Assembly (NCBI RefSeq): GCF_001194135.2
Contig: NC_068984.1
Location: forward strand, 110,066,087-110,116,622
Length of the DNA stretch: 50,536 nucleotides
Direction: 5' to 3'
Source of the DNA: Octopus bimaculoides
Taxonomy: Eukaryota
Shown: positions 24,651 through 37,015 of the stretch, one piece after another
Layout of the letters: every line of letters starts with the position of its first letter
Numbering within the stretch: the first letter of the stretch is position 1
The notes under the pieces: model-generated
Databases searched by the model: none
The model's input: only the letters and a program-made list of their open reading frames with translations
What the model was told of the DNA's origin: nothing
Made by a program: the position numbers and the translations under genes

Positions 24651-24783
24651 AGTAGAAACGATTCTTGTTTGTCAACACCGAGATGGAATCAGTGATGTTG
24701 CAAAGATGTTTCCACTTATTAGTTTATTTATATATTCTTGATATAATGTTTTCTGTGTATTTTCTTTTACTTATCTTTTTTTT

Positions 24784-25192
24784 ACTCTTTACTCTTTTAC
24801 TTGTTTCAGTCATTTGACTGTGGCCATGCTGGAGCACCACCTTTAGTCGAGCAAATCGACCCCAGGAATTATTCTTTGGAAGCCTAGTACTTATACTTAT
24901 TCTATCGGTCTCTTATGCCGAACCGCTAAGTTACGGGGACGTAAACACACCAGCATCGGTTGTCAAGCGATGTTGGGAGGGACAAACACAGACACGCAAA
25001 CATATACACACACATACATACATATATACATATATACGACGGGCTTCTTTCAGTTTCCGTCTAACAAATCCACTCACAAGGCTTTGGTCGGCCCGAGACT
25101 ATAGTAGAAGACACTTGCCCAAGGTGCCACGCAGTGGGACTGAACCCGGAACCATGTGGCTGGTAATCAAGCTACTTACCACATAGCCACTC
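24784..25192 (-). mobile_element. SINE family A, full length
   Basis: Collinear and highly similar to 2926-3328 over ~400 bp. Confidence 0.9.
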
Positions 25193-26009
25193 AAAATTTC
25201 AAATTTCTTTGGATTAGGCATGACAAATCTTTTCTGGTGTTACTAAAAAGACCTCTGCTCATTCGAAATAATTAGTTGCATACTGTCTCAATCTACGATC
25301 CCTCATCTCATCTGTGTCACTTTCCATTACCATTACTACGAATTAACCACTTTATGCAATCCTTCGTCCTAATTTAATGTACTCTCTCCGTCTCAGTCAA
25401 CATTTTTTTTCCTGCAGACAGAAACTTATAGATGTCCAAGCTACAAACCAATCATCTTACCATGATCCATCTAGATAACCCTGCAAATCTTACAAACTTT
25501 CTCCCCGTCTCCTCCCTTCACTTGCCCCACTGTCTCTCTCTTAAACAAAATAGGTAAAATCTCATTTAAACATAATAATGAAATGAAATGGTTCCATTTG
25601 CTTAAAGGAGAACTCAATTACAAAATTCTGAGCTATGACTCGTAATGTTTATTGCACAAACAACGTAATGATGTGCCTCATTACTAGTGTCATAGAGACA
25701 ATTTCGCATTTCCCTGATGCCTAGCCACGACATGAAAGAAGATAATGCTTTCTTTGAAATCCATAACGTCGACAAATGAAAGTACCCTTTAGTGACTTCC
25801 TTGAGAAACACCGTGTGCTTGTCATAGAATTTCCAGAGGTGAACACATGGGTATTTTCCCCTTACTTGCCTTCCTATATTTTTATACGATACTGATGGGT
25901 TAGACATAGGTAAGTGAGGCACATCTACTTAAGAGCTCAGACCATAAAGTATCGGAAATAATATCATAAGTCTAAATGCTTTAACAAGTCTACCAATCCA
26001 TGACGTTCG

Positions 26010-26430
26010 ATTGATTCTTTATTTAATTGACCTTAAGAGGATAAAAGGCAATATTCACCCGGGGTGGATTTGAACCTAAAATATAGAAAGTCCGATGCAA
26101 AGCATTTTGTCCAATTCCCTAGCAATTTTGTCAACCCATAGCCCTTGATTGCTACTTTATTTTATTGACACTGGATGGATAAAAGACAACATCGAAATGG
26201 ATACGATTTGAACTTAAAATTTAAAGAACCGAAATAAATACTATAAGGTACTTTCTTCATATCTATAATCATTCGGCTAATCCTACATCCTGGATGTGAT
26301 TTTTCCTTATTGACTCCAGAAGGAGGAAAAGATAAGTTAGTTTCGATGGGATTTGAACTCAGAATATGACGACTCGGTAAAAGTAATTCAAAGTATCTTG
26401 TCCATCCCGCTCACGATTCTGCTAATATAT
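26010..26430 (-). mobile_element. three head-to-tail decayed family B 5' halves
   Basis: TTGAC...GGATAAAAG...GATTTGAAC recurs with a ~140 bp period. Confidence 0.55.
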
Positions 26431-27097
26431 TTCTATCATATAAAGCACAATTAAGTAATAACTGCTAATTTGAAAGCCGTTTCGATATAAGTTACGTCTA
26501 GCCGTTCAACTGTGAAATAATATAGCACTGCTCTATCAGGGTTGACTATTTAACTACTAAAATTACAAAGTTAAGCATTTCACCTGTTCCTGTTCGATCG
26601 GTGATTACTTATGTAGTCTATGTCTGCTGGTCATTAATGACTGAGAGCTACAAAAATGCAATAATGAGAATAACCACGATGCTTTTTAAGGTGCAAAGGA
26701 AAAAATGATTGCGTGGCAAAAGTTGGATAGTTCTATGGTTCTCAGACTGATAAATAACAGTCCACTCATTAAATATTAATAAACTTTTGCGCTAATTTTT
26801 TTCCTTAATAATGAGTAAACAAAACAGAGTTTGTATCTGTATAATCTTTATTTATTTATTATGGTTTTGGATAAGTTTCAAAACTTTTAAAACATCCTAA
26901 TTTCACTAATTATGACAATATTTTCGTGCTTCTTTTACAATCCTCAGACCATCATACTTATGGGAGACATTGGAATTGATAAGAGAGGGAGGCTGGTACA
27001 CAAAATATTCGGTTTGTCAGTCATTCAATCTTAGTTACCTTCTGATGCGGAGTAAAAAAAAACTATGCTTGTTTTTTGTTTTGTTTTCGTCACTTAC

Positions 27098-27158
27098 CTC
27101 CCCGCATTGTTGTTACAACAGTTGTAATACCGTCATTGGGGTAGATTCTGCCACACAA
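27098..27158 (-). CDS. candidate 61 nt internal exon, unknown gene (LCGRIYPNDGITTVVTTMRG)
   Basis: Acceptor CATTTTCAG| and consensus donor GAG|GTAAGTG; only one frame is open. No homology recognised and no partner exon found. Confidence 0.2.
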
Positions 27159-28085
27159 CTGAAAATGACGTCCTCTTATAATTTCCGTAATCCTCATGGA
27201 GGTTTTTATTTGTAGATTACACCTTATAGCTTAAAGTTCAAAGTGTCCTTTTTATTTTATTTTTCATGAAACAAAACACTAATATCATAAAAGTCATTTC
27301 CATCCTTTCTCTTTTTTCATTGGACATAACATATCTAGGAATGCATTATCTAATAATATTCTTCATTCTATAAAACAGCAAAGTATATTTGGATGGAAAT
27401 TTCCCTGATATTATTCAACCTCCACTTACTCCTCATTAAACAAATCTATCATCGAAGGCGTTTCAGTCATAACCGTCTCATCTTTTCAGATTGGCCTTCC
27501 TTGCGACACAAGTGTGTGATTTGACGAAATTTCACTATTTTGTTTAGATGTGTATCACTTAGATACATACACATTTTGCCAACTTTGGCTGCTATTTATC
27601 TCAATAAAAAGATCCTAAAATCTTACTTTGCTATTATATCAAGTTAACCACGATTGTGGTGTATTTCATATTACCTTCTCTGTTTATTTTCATTTTTTAA
27701 GAAATTAATTATTTCTGATATCATACTTTCTTAATTTTTTTCAACAAGTTTAAAAGTTTACGAAAAGAAAAGGAAACAGTTTTAGGGAAAATTTTCAATC
27801 AGTTATTGAAATGAGAAATGTAAATTTATCGCATCTTCAAAGAGAACTAGATAAAAGATATAAAAACAATGAAGTTTAGGAAGAAATTACGTTATCAGCG
27901 ATTTTATTCGTGATCAGAAGACTTAGATAAAAAGTAATATTAATAAGGCTTAGACATTAACCACAATAATCATAAATAAAGAATATAATAAAAAAATATC
28001 TGACTGCAGTGTCAACATTTTGTTGAAATCAGCTCGAAAATTAAACTGTAGAAGAGAATATATGTAGAAATGTACATACATACAT

Positions 28086-28227
28086 TGTTGTTGTTGGCAC
28101 TCCGTCACTTACGACGTCGAAGGTTCCAGTTGATCCGATCAACGGAACAGCCTGCTCGTGGAATTAACGTGCAAGTGGCTGAGCACTCCACAGACAAGTG
28201 TACCCTTAGCGTAGTTCTCGTGGGGGG
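28086..28227 (-). mobile_element. SINE family C 3' part, cut by a gap
   Basis: TTGTTGGCACTCCGTC...GTAGTTCTCG nearly identical to the other C copies. Confidence 0.88.
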
Positions 28228-28454
28228 NNNNNNNNNNNNNNNNNNNNNNNNNNNNNNNNNNNNNNNNNNNNNNNNNNNNNNNNNNNNNNNNNNNNNNNNN
28301 NNNNNNNNNNNNNNNNNNNNNNNNNNNNNNNNNNNNNNNNNNNNNNNNNNNNNNNNNNNNNNNNNNNNNNNNNNNNNNNNNNNNNNNAAATACATACATA
28401 CATACATAAATACATACGTAATACATACATACATACATAGATACATACAAACAA

Positions 28455-28650
28455 CCAGTCGCCATGCTTGATCGCTAAATCCACAAGTCTTTTTTATTCT
28501 CTCTGCTTATTTTTGCCTATTTCTTTCTTTTGAAGAACGTAGGCTCGAAACGTAAATGACTTTCTCACTTTCCCGAGCGTCAAACTAATTCACCTGCTTC
28601 TTGTTCATACACCTATCTTTGTCATTTGTTTTTCTGTAAATTTCAGCTAC
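28455..28650. mobile_element. possible Penelope-like terminal-repeat remnant
   Basis: TGAAGAACGTAGGCTCGAAACGT resembles a decayed PLE-type hammerhead signature, between ATAC and TA/TG microsatellites. Confidence 0.35.
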
Positions 28651-28657
28651 ATATATG

Positions 28658-28728
<71 letters not shown>

Positions 28729-29238
28729 NNNNNNNNNNNNNNNNNNNNNNNNNNNNNNNNNNNNNNNNNNNNNNNNNNNNNNNNNNNNNNNNNNNNNNNN
28801 NNNNNNNNNNNNNNNNNNNNNNNNNNNNNNNNNNNNNNNNNNNNNNNNNNNNNNNNNNNNNNNNNNNNNNNNNNNNNNNNNNNNNNNNNNNNNNNNNNNN
28901 NNNNNNNNNNNNNNNNNNNNNNNNNNNNNNNNNNNNNNNNNNNNNNNNNNNNNNNNNNNNNNNNNNNNNNNNNNNNNNNNNNNNNNNNNNNNNNNNNNNN
29001 NNNNNNNNNNNNNNNNNNNNNNNNNNNNNNNNNNNNNNNNNNNNNNNNNNNNNNNNNNNNNNNNNNNNNNNNNNNNNNNNNNNNNNNNNNNNNNNNNNNN
29101 NNNNNNNNNNNNNNNNNNNNNNNNNNNNNNNNNNNNNNNNNNNNNNNNNNNNNNNNNNNNNNNNNNNNNNNNNNNNNNNNNNNNNNNNNNNNNNNNNNNN
29201 NNNNNNNNNNNNNNNNNNNNNNNNNNNNNNNNNNNNNN

Positions 29239-29283
<45 letters not shown>
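28651..29283. repeat. (GT)n and (GA)n tracts flanking the gap 28729-29238
   Basis: Read directly. Confidence 0.95.
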
Positions 29284-29287
<4 letters not shown>

Positions 29288-29428
29288 TGGATGTATGTAA
29301 AGATAGATAAAGAGATTGATAGAAAGAAGTTATCATCTCTAGTTCAAATTCCTTCTTTCATTACATGACTGAGCACAATGATCTTACATTGACAACTGGC
29401 CCTTAAAGACACACACGCACGCACACAC

Positions 29429-29464
<36 letters not shown>

Positions 29465-29495
29465 ACACACACACACAAATAGGTATACACACATA

Positions 29496-30180
29496 TTGCC
29501 ATTGTAAACTTCATTATTTTAGTGAGGGATTGAAAACTGATCTCATTTTAGAAAAGAGCAAGTTATATATGTTAATAAATTTAAATTTTTAATTTAGTTT
29601 TAATTATGAAATTACATCTCTTTACAGCTCAAAGCATTTTAAAATTATTGTTTTTATGCTCACATATTTTCATTAAACCGAATCTTTTTCACTATCTTTT
29701 CGTCATTTAGGCAAATACTTGAAATAAATCCAGTGAAGTGGGGCAAAATGAGTTATCAATTTCTTATTTTCTTATTACTTGTCTGAAAACATTACATTGC
29801 AAGAATTGCATCACCGGTTTGTACTCTAGCATCATCTTTGGGAGTAAACATCGGGCACTACTGTTGTCGTTGCAGTTGAGGCAGTTTGAAACTGTCAGGT
29901 AATAGGTACCATTTTTTCAAGAAATTTCCCCTCAACTTTGCCCCATTTGTAATTGAGGTTGCAAAAAACATATCTAGATACTTTTCGCTGTTCAACAATC
30001 CAGATTCTTTCCTCTGTTGAGCTCCAAGTCAAATTTTTCTCACACTAATGTCTAACTTGATAATTTTCAATCTTCAAAAGCAAATATCTACACGGGCAAA
30101 ATGAGTAACGACTAATTTCAGTAATCTCTTTTCTTTAACTGCATGGTGCATAAATGTATCAGGAAGAGAGCCAAGAGGGA
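29496..30180. repeat. copy 1 of an old ~700 bp direct repeat (possible DNA-transposon derivative)
   Basis: Collinear blocks shared with 31030-31752, e.g. TTTAGTTTTAATTAT(G/A)AAATTACATCTC, CATTACATTGCAA, GCATCATCTTTGGGAG, GGGCAAAATGAGTAA, CATGGTGCATAAAT. Confidence 0.85.
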
Positions 30181-30374
30181 TTCTGCCTTACATACCCCAT
30201 ATAACATCTCGTAACTTTTTCTAGTTTTTGGGATTTTCAGAAAAGTTTTGCGAATTTGTATTCTACACATGGGAATTCATGTACCATTATTACTAATTCC
30301 CTACAACAGGCTGGAAATTTTGTCACATTTCACATTTAGTTCTTAAATCATGGGTAAATATAATTACCTGCTGT

Positions 30375-30473
30375 GACCATGATGTGGTTAAAATTGCGAT
30401 GAATGTCTTAATGTGAAGAAGACATGTCGAAGGGGTAGACTCAGGAAGACATGGGACAAAGTAGTGAGAAAGG
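30375..30473 (+). mobile_element. RTE-type LINE ORF C-terminal fragment
   Basis: LNVKKTCRRGRLRKTWDKVVRK resembles the RTE C-terminal motif VEG..RGRPRKTW..VV..D. Confidence 0.6.
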
Positions 30474-30764
30474 CAGAGCCGGGTTTATAGGGGTACGGAG
30501 GTGGCAATTGCCCCAGCATCTAGTGATACTGTGGCTCCCTGATACGAAGAGCATGTAGCACTCAATACAGGAAGGGGGCTTACCCACCCTAGTAATCAGA
30601 CATGAAAAAGGTCTCTTTCAATATACAAAGGTATCTCGTCTTCTTAAGAATGTAATGGCTTCTCTGATATGATAAATGACCATAGATTTTTCCACCTTAG
30701 AAACATCAATTAATTCAATTATAAAGCAGTCCTAAAGCTTTGGGACAAAGACAGAGAAAAGGGG

Positions 30765-30874
<110 letters not shown>

Positions 30875-31029
30875 ATGAATATATGTAGAGATAAAAAATT
30901 GAGAGAAAGAAGTTATCAAATTTCTCCTTTCAACGCATCGCTGAGCATGCCTTGACTGATCACAGCTAAAAACACACACACGCACATACACACGCAGACA
31001 TACATCCTCCCACCACACACACACACACG

Positions 31030-31752
31030 CATTTCTACTTCTAATATTATTTCAGTGAGGCATTGAGAACTGGTCTTATTTTATGAAACAAGGAAATGTT
31101 CCAAAATTTAGATTTTGAATTTAGTTTTAATTATAAAATTACATCTCGCAACAGCTAAAAGCATTCTTTTTCGGTTTAGAATCATTGCATATGTATTCAA
31201 ACGTTTTTTATTTAATCAAATCGTTTTACTTTCTTATTTTTCCCTATAATTTTCGTCATTCTGTCAAACACTTGAAATTACCATATAGAAGTGGAGCAAA
31301 ATTGGTAACTGAATCAAAATGAATAATTTCTGATTTCTTGTTATTTTCTCCCTACCAGTTTAGAAACCATTACATTGCAATTATTGCATCCCCATTTTGT
31401 ACCATTGCATCATCTTTGGGAGCAAAAATTGGTCAGTATAATTTACATAGTTGTTGTCGAAGCTGAGAGTTTGGAACGTAGGTGACAGGTACTTTTTTGT
31501 TACAAGAAAATTTTCTCCAAATTTGACTTGATTGTAATTGAGGTTACTAATAAAATATCTGGATAATTTTTGGTGTTTAACCATCAATATTCTTTTCTTT
31601 GTTTGATTCAGCACAATTTCTTTTCCAAACTAATATCTAATTTGATAATCTTCAAGCTTTAAAAACTCTAAATTGGGGCAAAATGAGTAATGACTAATTT
31701 TAGTAATTACTTCTCTTTAATCACATGGTGCATAAATATGTATGGAAGAAAG
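31030..31752. repeat. copy 2 of the ~700 bp direct repeat
   Basis: As above; roughly 65-75% identity by eye. Confidence 0.85.
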
Positions 31753-31982
31753 CTACTCCAGCAGATCATGAAAAAGCTATAGAGAATATTTTATATTGAG
31801 TTTTTAGATTTAGTTGGGTTTCATTCGCTTTCATTTGACCTAGATATTTAAAATTTTTGTTGCTTTTCTGATCTTTCTGGTCTCTAAGGATGGATGTTTA
31901 TGTGTATGAATCCTTTTTTCAAATGTAACTCTGGAGAAATGGAAACGGAATTTATTTTATCTTGTCTTACTCATTTTGCCCC
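31675..31982. repeat. perfect 16 bp inverted repeat pair (TIR-like) spanning 308 bp
   Basis: GGGGCAAAATGAGTAA (31675-31690) and TTACTCATTTTGCCCC (31967-31982). Confidence 0.8.
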
Positions 31983-34210
31983 ACCTAGATTTGTCTTTCA
32001 TATGCACAATGAGAACAGTGATAATTTTCTGAAATAGCGTTCTGAATATGTTATAAGTTTTACTGCATTTAGAGAAGGTCTATGGTTGCTGATATAGTTT
32101 TTGCAAGGTAGTGAACATTTGTGAAAAATATTTGCTTTCCAAAGTCAAAACTGCCGTAAATATTACTCACTGTGCCCACCTACCCCTACTGGAAACTGGA
32201 AAAGCAGACTTTCGGAAACAGCTGTCTGAATTTTCCTGTTTTTATCAGGATTTCTCTCACTTGTTTTTTACGCATTGCAAAACAATGAAGGGAAACCGTT
32301 TTAAAAGAAGAATCCATGTCTTTTAAATGTTGGCGTCTTCACCCCCCCACACACACACAAACACACACACGCATCATGCGTTTGGAACAGCAACAACCAC
32401 AAAAATGATTGTTTTCTTTTTCGTAATTTTCTGTCGTTATTTCACATTCTGAAACATTTCTAACTCACATTAACTCTTTTGTAACTCTTCCCCACTTCTT
32501 TGTACTTTTCACAATGAATGAAAAGTCAAATGCTGCAAGTGGATACGAGAAAATCGAAATTTGAATTTTGAAAAGTGTACCTAGAAGCGACATTTCAGTC
32601 ATTATTTAAACTTTCTCTGCTAATTCATCAAATTCAATTAACATGAAATAGATGGCTTTTGAGATATAAATTTGGTAATTTTCCAAGATTTTAAATCTTG
32701 TGTATAAGGGGTCCACCAAACTTGAAGTGCCTCGGGCTCCCCCTTGGTTTAAATCCAGTCCTGTATCTGTATATGGAGTATATGTGTATGTGTGTGTGTA
32801 TGTGTGTGTGTGTGTGTGTGTGTACATATGAAAGGGACAAAACGCTTTTATACATACTTATACATACTTCATTAAATATATGGCGGTATTCAAGTTTTAT
32901 GTTTAGTATTTTAGATCTCTTAATATTTTTAATCTTTTAAAGTTGATTTGGAACAATAATGTTCCTAAATTATATTTGATGTTTCCAGACTTTCAAAGAC
33001 TAATTTTCAAGAATTGCATCAATGGACCGTTTGTGTTCTTTCTTATATGCAGGTTGAATTCGTGTAGACTTTCCCGTTAAAGGTTTTCTGGCCTTTAGCA
33101 CCATACCTCTAGAGTTACGTGTTGATTTGTCTGTTGCGGTCAAATTTTTTACCATTAAACGTTAATGTCAGTATCCACATGTAAAACATGTAAAAATTAA
33201 TTATGGAATCCATACTCATACTGCAATACAATGCCAAAATCAATGTACATACAGCACATGAAACTGTAAAATGAGAGTTTGAAACCATTCGACATAGTAA
33301 ATGAGAAATTAATGTACGTACATGGGACTATCGCATCGCCTACCACGTATCTTGAAGAACTTGGTTGGTAACGTTAGTAAACGAGTATCTTTGATATCTT
33401 TCGATGAAGGTGATTTTATGAGAACAGTTGGGTAGTATGATGAAGCGCTGTGAAATAGCGGGCTCTCGGATAAGATTAGGTGTGCAAAAAGAAAAAAAAG
33501 GAAGCACAGCGTAAGAAAAGGAAAAAGGAGCATTTTGTTACCACCCAGTATTTGATCTAGTATAAAGAACTAATGTAGCTAGGAACTTCTTAGCTTAAAA
33601 GGTAGTCATTTTCCGCTATGGCAAAAGCTTAGCAAGATATTAAATAGTAAATGTTTTAAGGTTAATAATTCAACTTGTTAAAAATTCGCTTATTATATCA
33701 GTTGAATGAAAAGAAATGGCAGGCAGCAGGTCACTAATGCTGATACAACTTTAGAATTCGGGAGAGCTGCCAACTAGATGGTAACTGTTAGGCAAATTCA
33801 AAAATGTAAAACACTAAAGTGGAAATTAGTAACCGAGATGAGCTTAGAATATATACTAGGGCAACAGAATTAACGTTTAAAAATCGATCCTATAAGCACA
33901 AACATACATTTGTCAGCACTTATAAAAGAATATGTTATAGCTTTGTTGAAATTTATATGGTTCTTATGTGAGACATATCGTCCTGAACTAAAAAATACCT
34001 GGTTGATTGTAGATAAGACAGTCATACAGAAATGGTAGCTTCAAATATAGAATAAACGAAACATTGAGAATTTTGGTTCTAAGCACAAACGGTCTGAACA
34101 CAAGAACGAAAATGCTTGCGCGTTTTATGAAAGAGATTATGCATTTCCTATGTAAATAACAATCTCCTAGAATTTCTTCCTGTTTCAAGGAGAAAACAAT
34201 ATGATTTTTG

Positions 34211-34286
34211 AAACCTTTGAAATATGTATAAACCTTTGATATATGTATAAACCTTTGATATATGTATAAACATTTGATATATGTAT
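34211..34286. repeat. minisatellite, 19 bp x4
   Basis: AAACCTTTGATATATGTAT units. Confidence 0.9.
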
Positions 34287-35381
34287 AAAAGCTGTTAGCC
34301 ACCTTCTTCCAATGAGGTTTGCTTAGCCTAGTCTAACAGATCCATACGAACTTGTGTTATTTCTAACACTTTCGACATTGTGGGTCCTTATCACGTAATG
34401 AACGTAGTTATGGAAAAGTCAGAGTTCACCCACAACAACTGTAAGAATAAAATGATTATCTAATTTCGCTTATTTTGCAGTTTTTATTTCGTATACTACA
34501 TGCTGCACTCCATGTAGATATACTAATTAAGTCTACTTGTGTTTATCTGCCTTTTTTACTTGCATATCCGATGATCGAGGATCGTTCTTATAGCTGGCGT
34601 TCTACCCAAGAGGTCACTGCCAAGATGAAGAAGCTGCAATATAAATTCTCATTTATGTGAGCACTACTCCATGAATATCTATATCACGCTGGCCTTAGCG
34701 TTCTCGAACGCACTACAAACACACACATACATATACATATAGACATGCATATATATATATATACATACAATTATAAGTGTGTATGGATCACTGAGAGTCC
34801 TGATAAATCGTGAAGGTAGAGTTTATGCAGACATGCAGCCTTTTACCTGAAAGTGTGCATACGTTCGGTATGCCACTTCTTGAGGTTGTTAACAATGTGC
34901 TCCTTGTATTTTTCCTCTAGATACCATCCGTAGGAGTGAATGTTGCTCTATTTATCACAGCATCGATAAAACACACTACCTCAGCGATCAGTTAACTTGA
35001 TTTCGACACCTGAAGATAGGCTGTTGTGTTGAAATATAGGTACATGTATATTTTTGGCTCTATTGATTCAAACTGTAGACAATATTACATAAATGACAAT
35101 AGCTCTTCATCGCTGTATATGCGATAAATGGTGATATTTGTCTGTAGTCGTAGTCTGGTACCTTACAGTAGATAAGAAGTTCTTTGCAATTTATGTAATG
35201 ATGTATAAATTACGATGGGGATGAGATTTAATCCAGACTACTCTCTACTGACTGACTCATGTCAGATGAAGTACGATTATGGTGTCATCATGCAAAACTG
35301 CCATTCAAGTTATCCATGTCAGTGCAGCGTTATTGTAGAGAGCGGGACTATTGGAAACATGTGTTAGAGAACCAAAGAAAT

Positions 35382-35412
<31 letters not shown>

Positions 35413-35939
35413 NNNNNNNNNNNNNNNNNNNNNNNNNNNNNNNNNNNNNNNNNNNNNNNNNNNNNNNNNNNNNNNNNNNNNNNNNNNNNNNNNNNNNNNN
35501 NNNNNNNNNNNNNNNNNNNNNNNNNNNNNNNNNNNNNNNNNNNNNNNNNNNNNNNNNNNNNNNNNNNNNNNNNNNNNNNNNNNNNNNNNNNNNNNNNNNN
35601 NNNNNNNNNNNNNNNNNNNNNNNNNNNNNNNNNNNNNNNNNNNNNNNNNNNNNNNNNNNNNNNNNNNNNNNNNNNNNNNNNNNNNNNNNNNNNNNNNNNN
35701 NNNNNNNNNNNNNNNNNNNNNNNNNNNNNNNNNNNNNNNNNNNNNNNNNNNNNNNNNNNNNNNNNNNNNNNNNNNNNNNNNNNNNNNNNNNNNNNNNNNN
35801 NNNNNNNNNNNNNNNNNNNNNNNNNNNNNNNNNNNNNNNNNNNNNNNNNNNNNNNNNNNNNNNNNNNNNNNNNNNNNNNNNNNNNNNNNNNNNNNNNNNN
35901 NNNNNNNNNNNNNNNNNTTAAGGATGGATTGCAAAGAGA

Positions 35940-35999
35940 ATGTTGACAACTGCAACGCCAACAACTGTAGCATACGCAGCATTAGCAGCATCTGCCGAG
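35940..35999 (+). CDS. candidate first coding exon (MLTTATPTTVAYAALAASAE)
   Basis: ATG with A at -3 after an in-frame stop, phase-0 donor GAG|GTACGA, CpG-retaining context. It could equally be cryptic simple sequence. Confidence 0.13.
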
Positions 36000-36759
36000 G
36001 TACGAAGAAGCAGCAGAGAAGTGGTGGGTCGAATAGTAAACGTGTAAGGGTAGAAGGAAGAGAACAGGGAGGGGGGGGATGGAAAACAAAAACGTCAAGA
36101 TGAATACGGTTAAAAAAAGAAGTTTGAAATTGAAGAAACTCCGAGAATGAAAAAAAACAAAACAAAAAGCAAACAGTAAAAAAAAATGAAAGGAAGAAAA
36201 AGAAAAAAATATTACAAGTAGCTGGAGTATCTAGAAGATTCGGGAAGTGTTTGCATGTGTGTATGATGGTGGTGTGTTGGTACCGTAGAGCGGCAGACCG
36301 ACAGCGGCGGCAAAGAATTAAAGAATAAAATGGAAAAGAAAAAAAAAAATTAATAAAAGTAATAAACACATAAAAAGATAAAAACACCTCCCCAAAAAAA
36401 GTAAATAAATAAAATTATAAAATAAATATAATTAAAATATAAAATAAATGCAGAAGTTTGTTTCGTTTATTTTTATTTGTTTATTTATTTATCTATTTAT
36501 TTATTCATTATTCATATTTTTTTAGCGCCTTGTTAACTCTTTTTATATTCTGGTTAATTAATTTCGGTTTTATTGTACAAACCAATTATTTTTATTTAGC
36601 TAATGTTTTGTGTTGTTGTCGTCAGTATCTTTTGTTTGTTTTTCGTTTTTCTCTTCTTCGTGTTATTTAAATGTTTGTTTTTACTTTTTGTTGCTTCTTA
36701 TTTCAAACTAATTTTTTTATATTTTATTTTTATTCACACACACATAGACATACATATAC

Positions 36760-36798
<39 letters not shown>

Positions 36799-36885
36799 TT
36801 CCATTTCTGTATTTTTATCTCATTTTTTTTTCTTTTCTTACATTTTCGGTAAAAACAGGAAGGTCTTTATTTTTCCCTCCTACAG

Positions 36886-37015
36886 CTAATCATCATCATT
36901 AATACCATTCTCCTCCTCCTCTTCCGACTCTTCGTCATAATCTCCACTGCAACTTCCACCACCACCACGACTGCAACCGCTGCCGCCACCACCACCACCG
37001 TTATCATCATCGTAT
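36886..37015. repeat. degenerate trinucleotide (CAT/CTC/CAC/GCC) tract
   Basis: Read directly. Confidence 0.75.

Noticed and set aside
25461-25480. 20 nt minus microexon candidate (TTGCAG|...ATG|GTAAGA)
   Set aside because: Poor polypyrimidine tract, length not a multiple of 3, and no phase-compatible partner.
25614-25922. 102 aa minus ORF, and a strong plus donor ATAG|GTAAGT at 25910
   Set aside because: No recognisable homology; no acceptor gives an open plus frame up to the donor.
34481-34656. Plus segment TTTTGCAG|...TAT|GTGAGC, open for 58 codons
   Set aside because: Unrecognised peptide and a weak donor; within what chance gives over 40 kb of AT-rich sequence.
35005-35060. CTGAAGA...GAAA hammerhead-like spacing
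   Set aside because: Stem II does not pair and no stem I can be formed; too degenerate to report.
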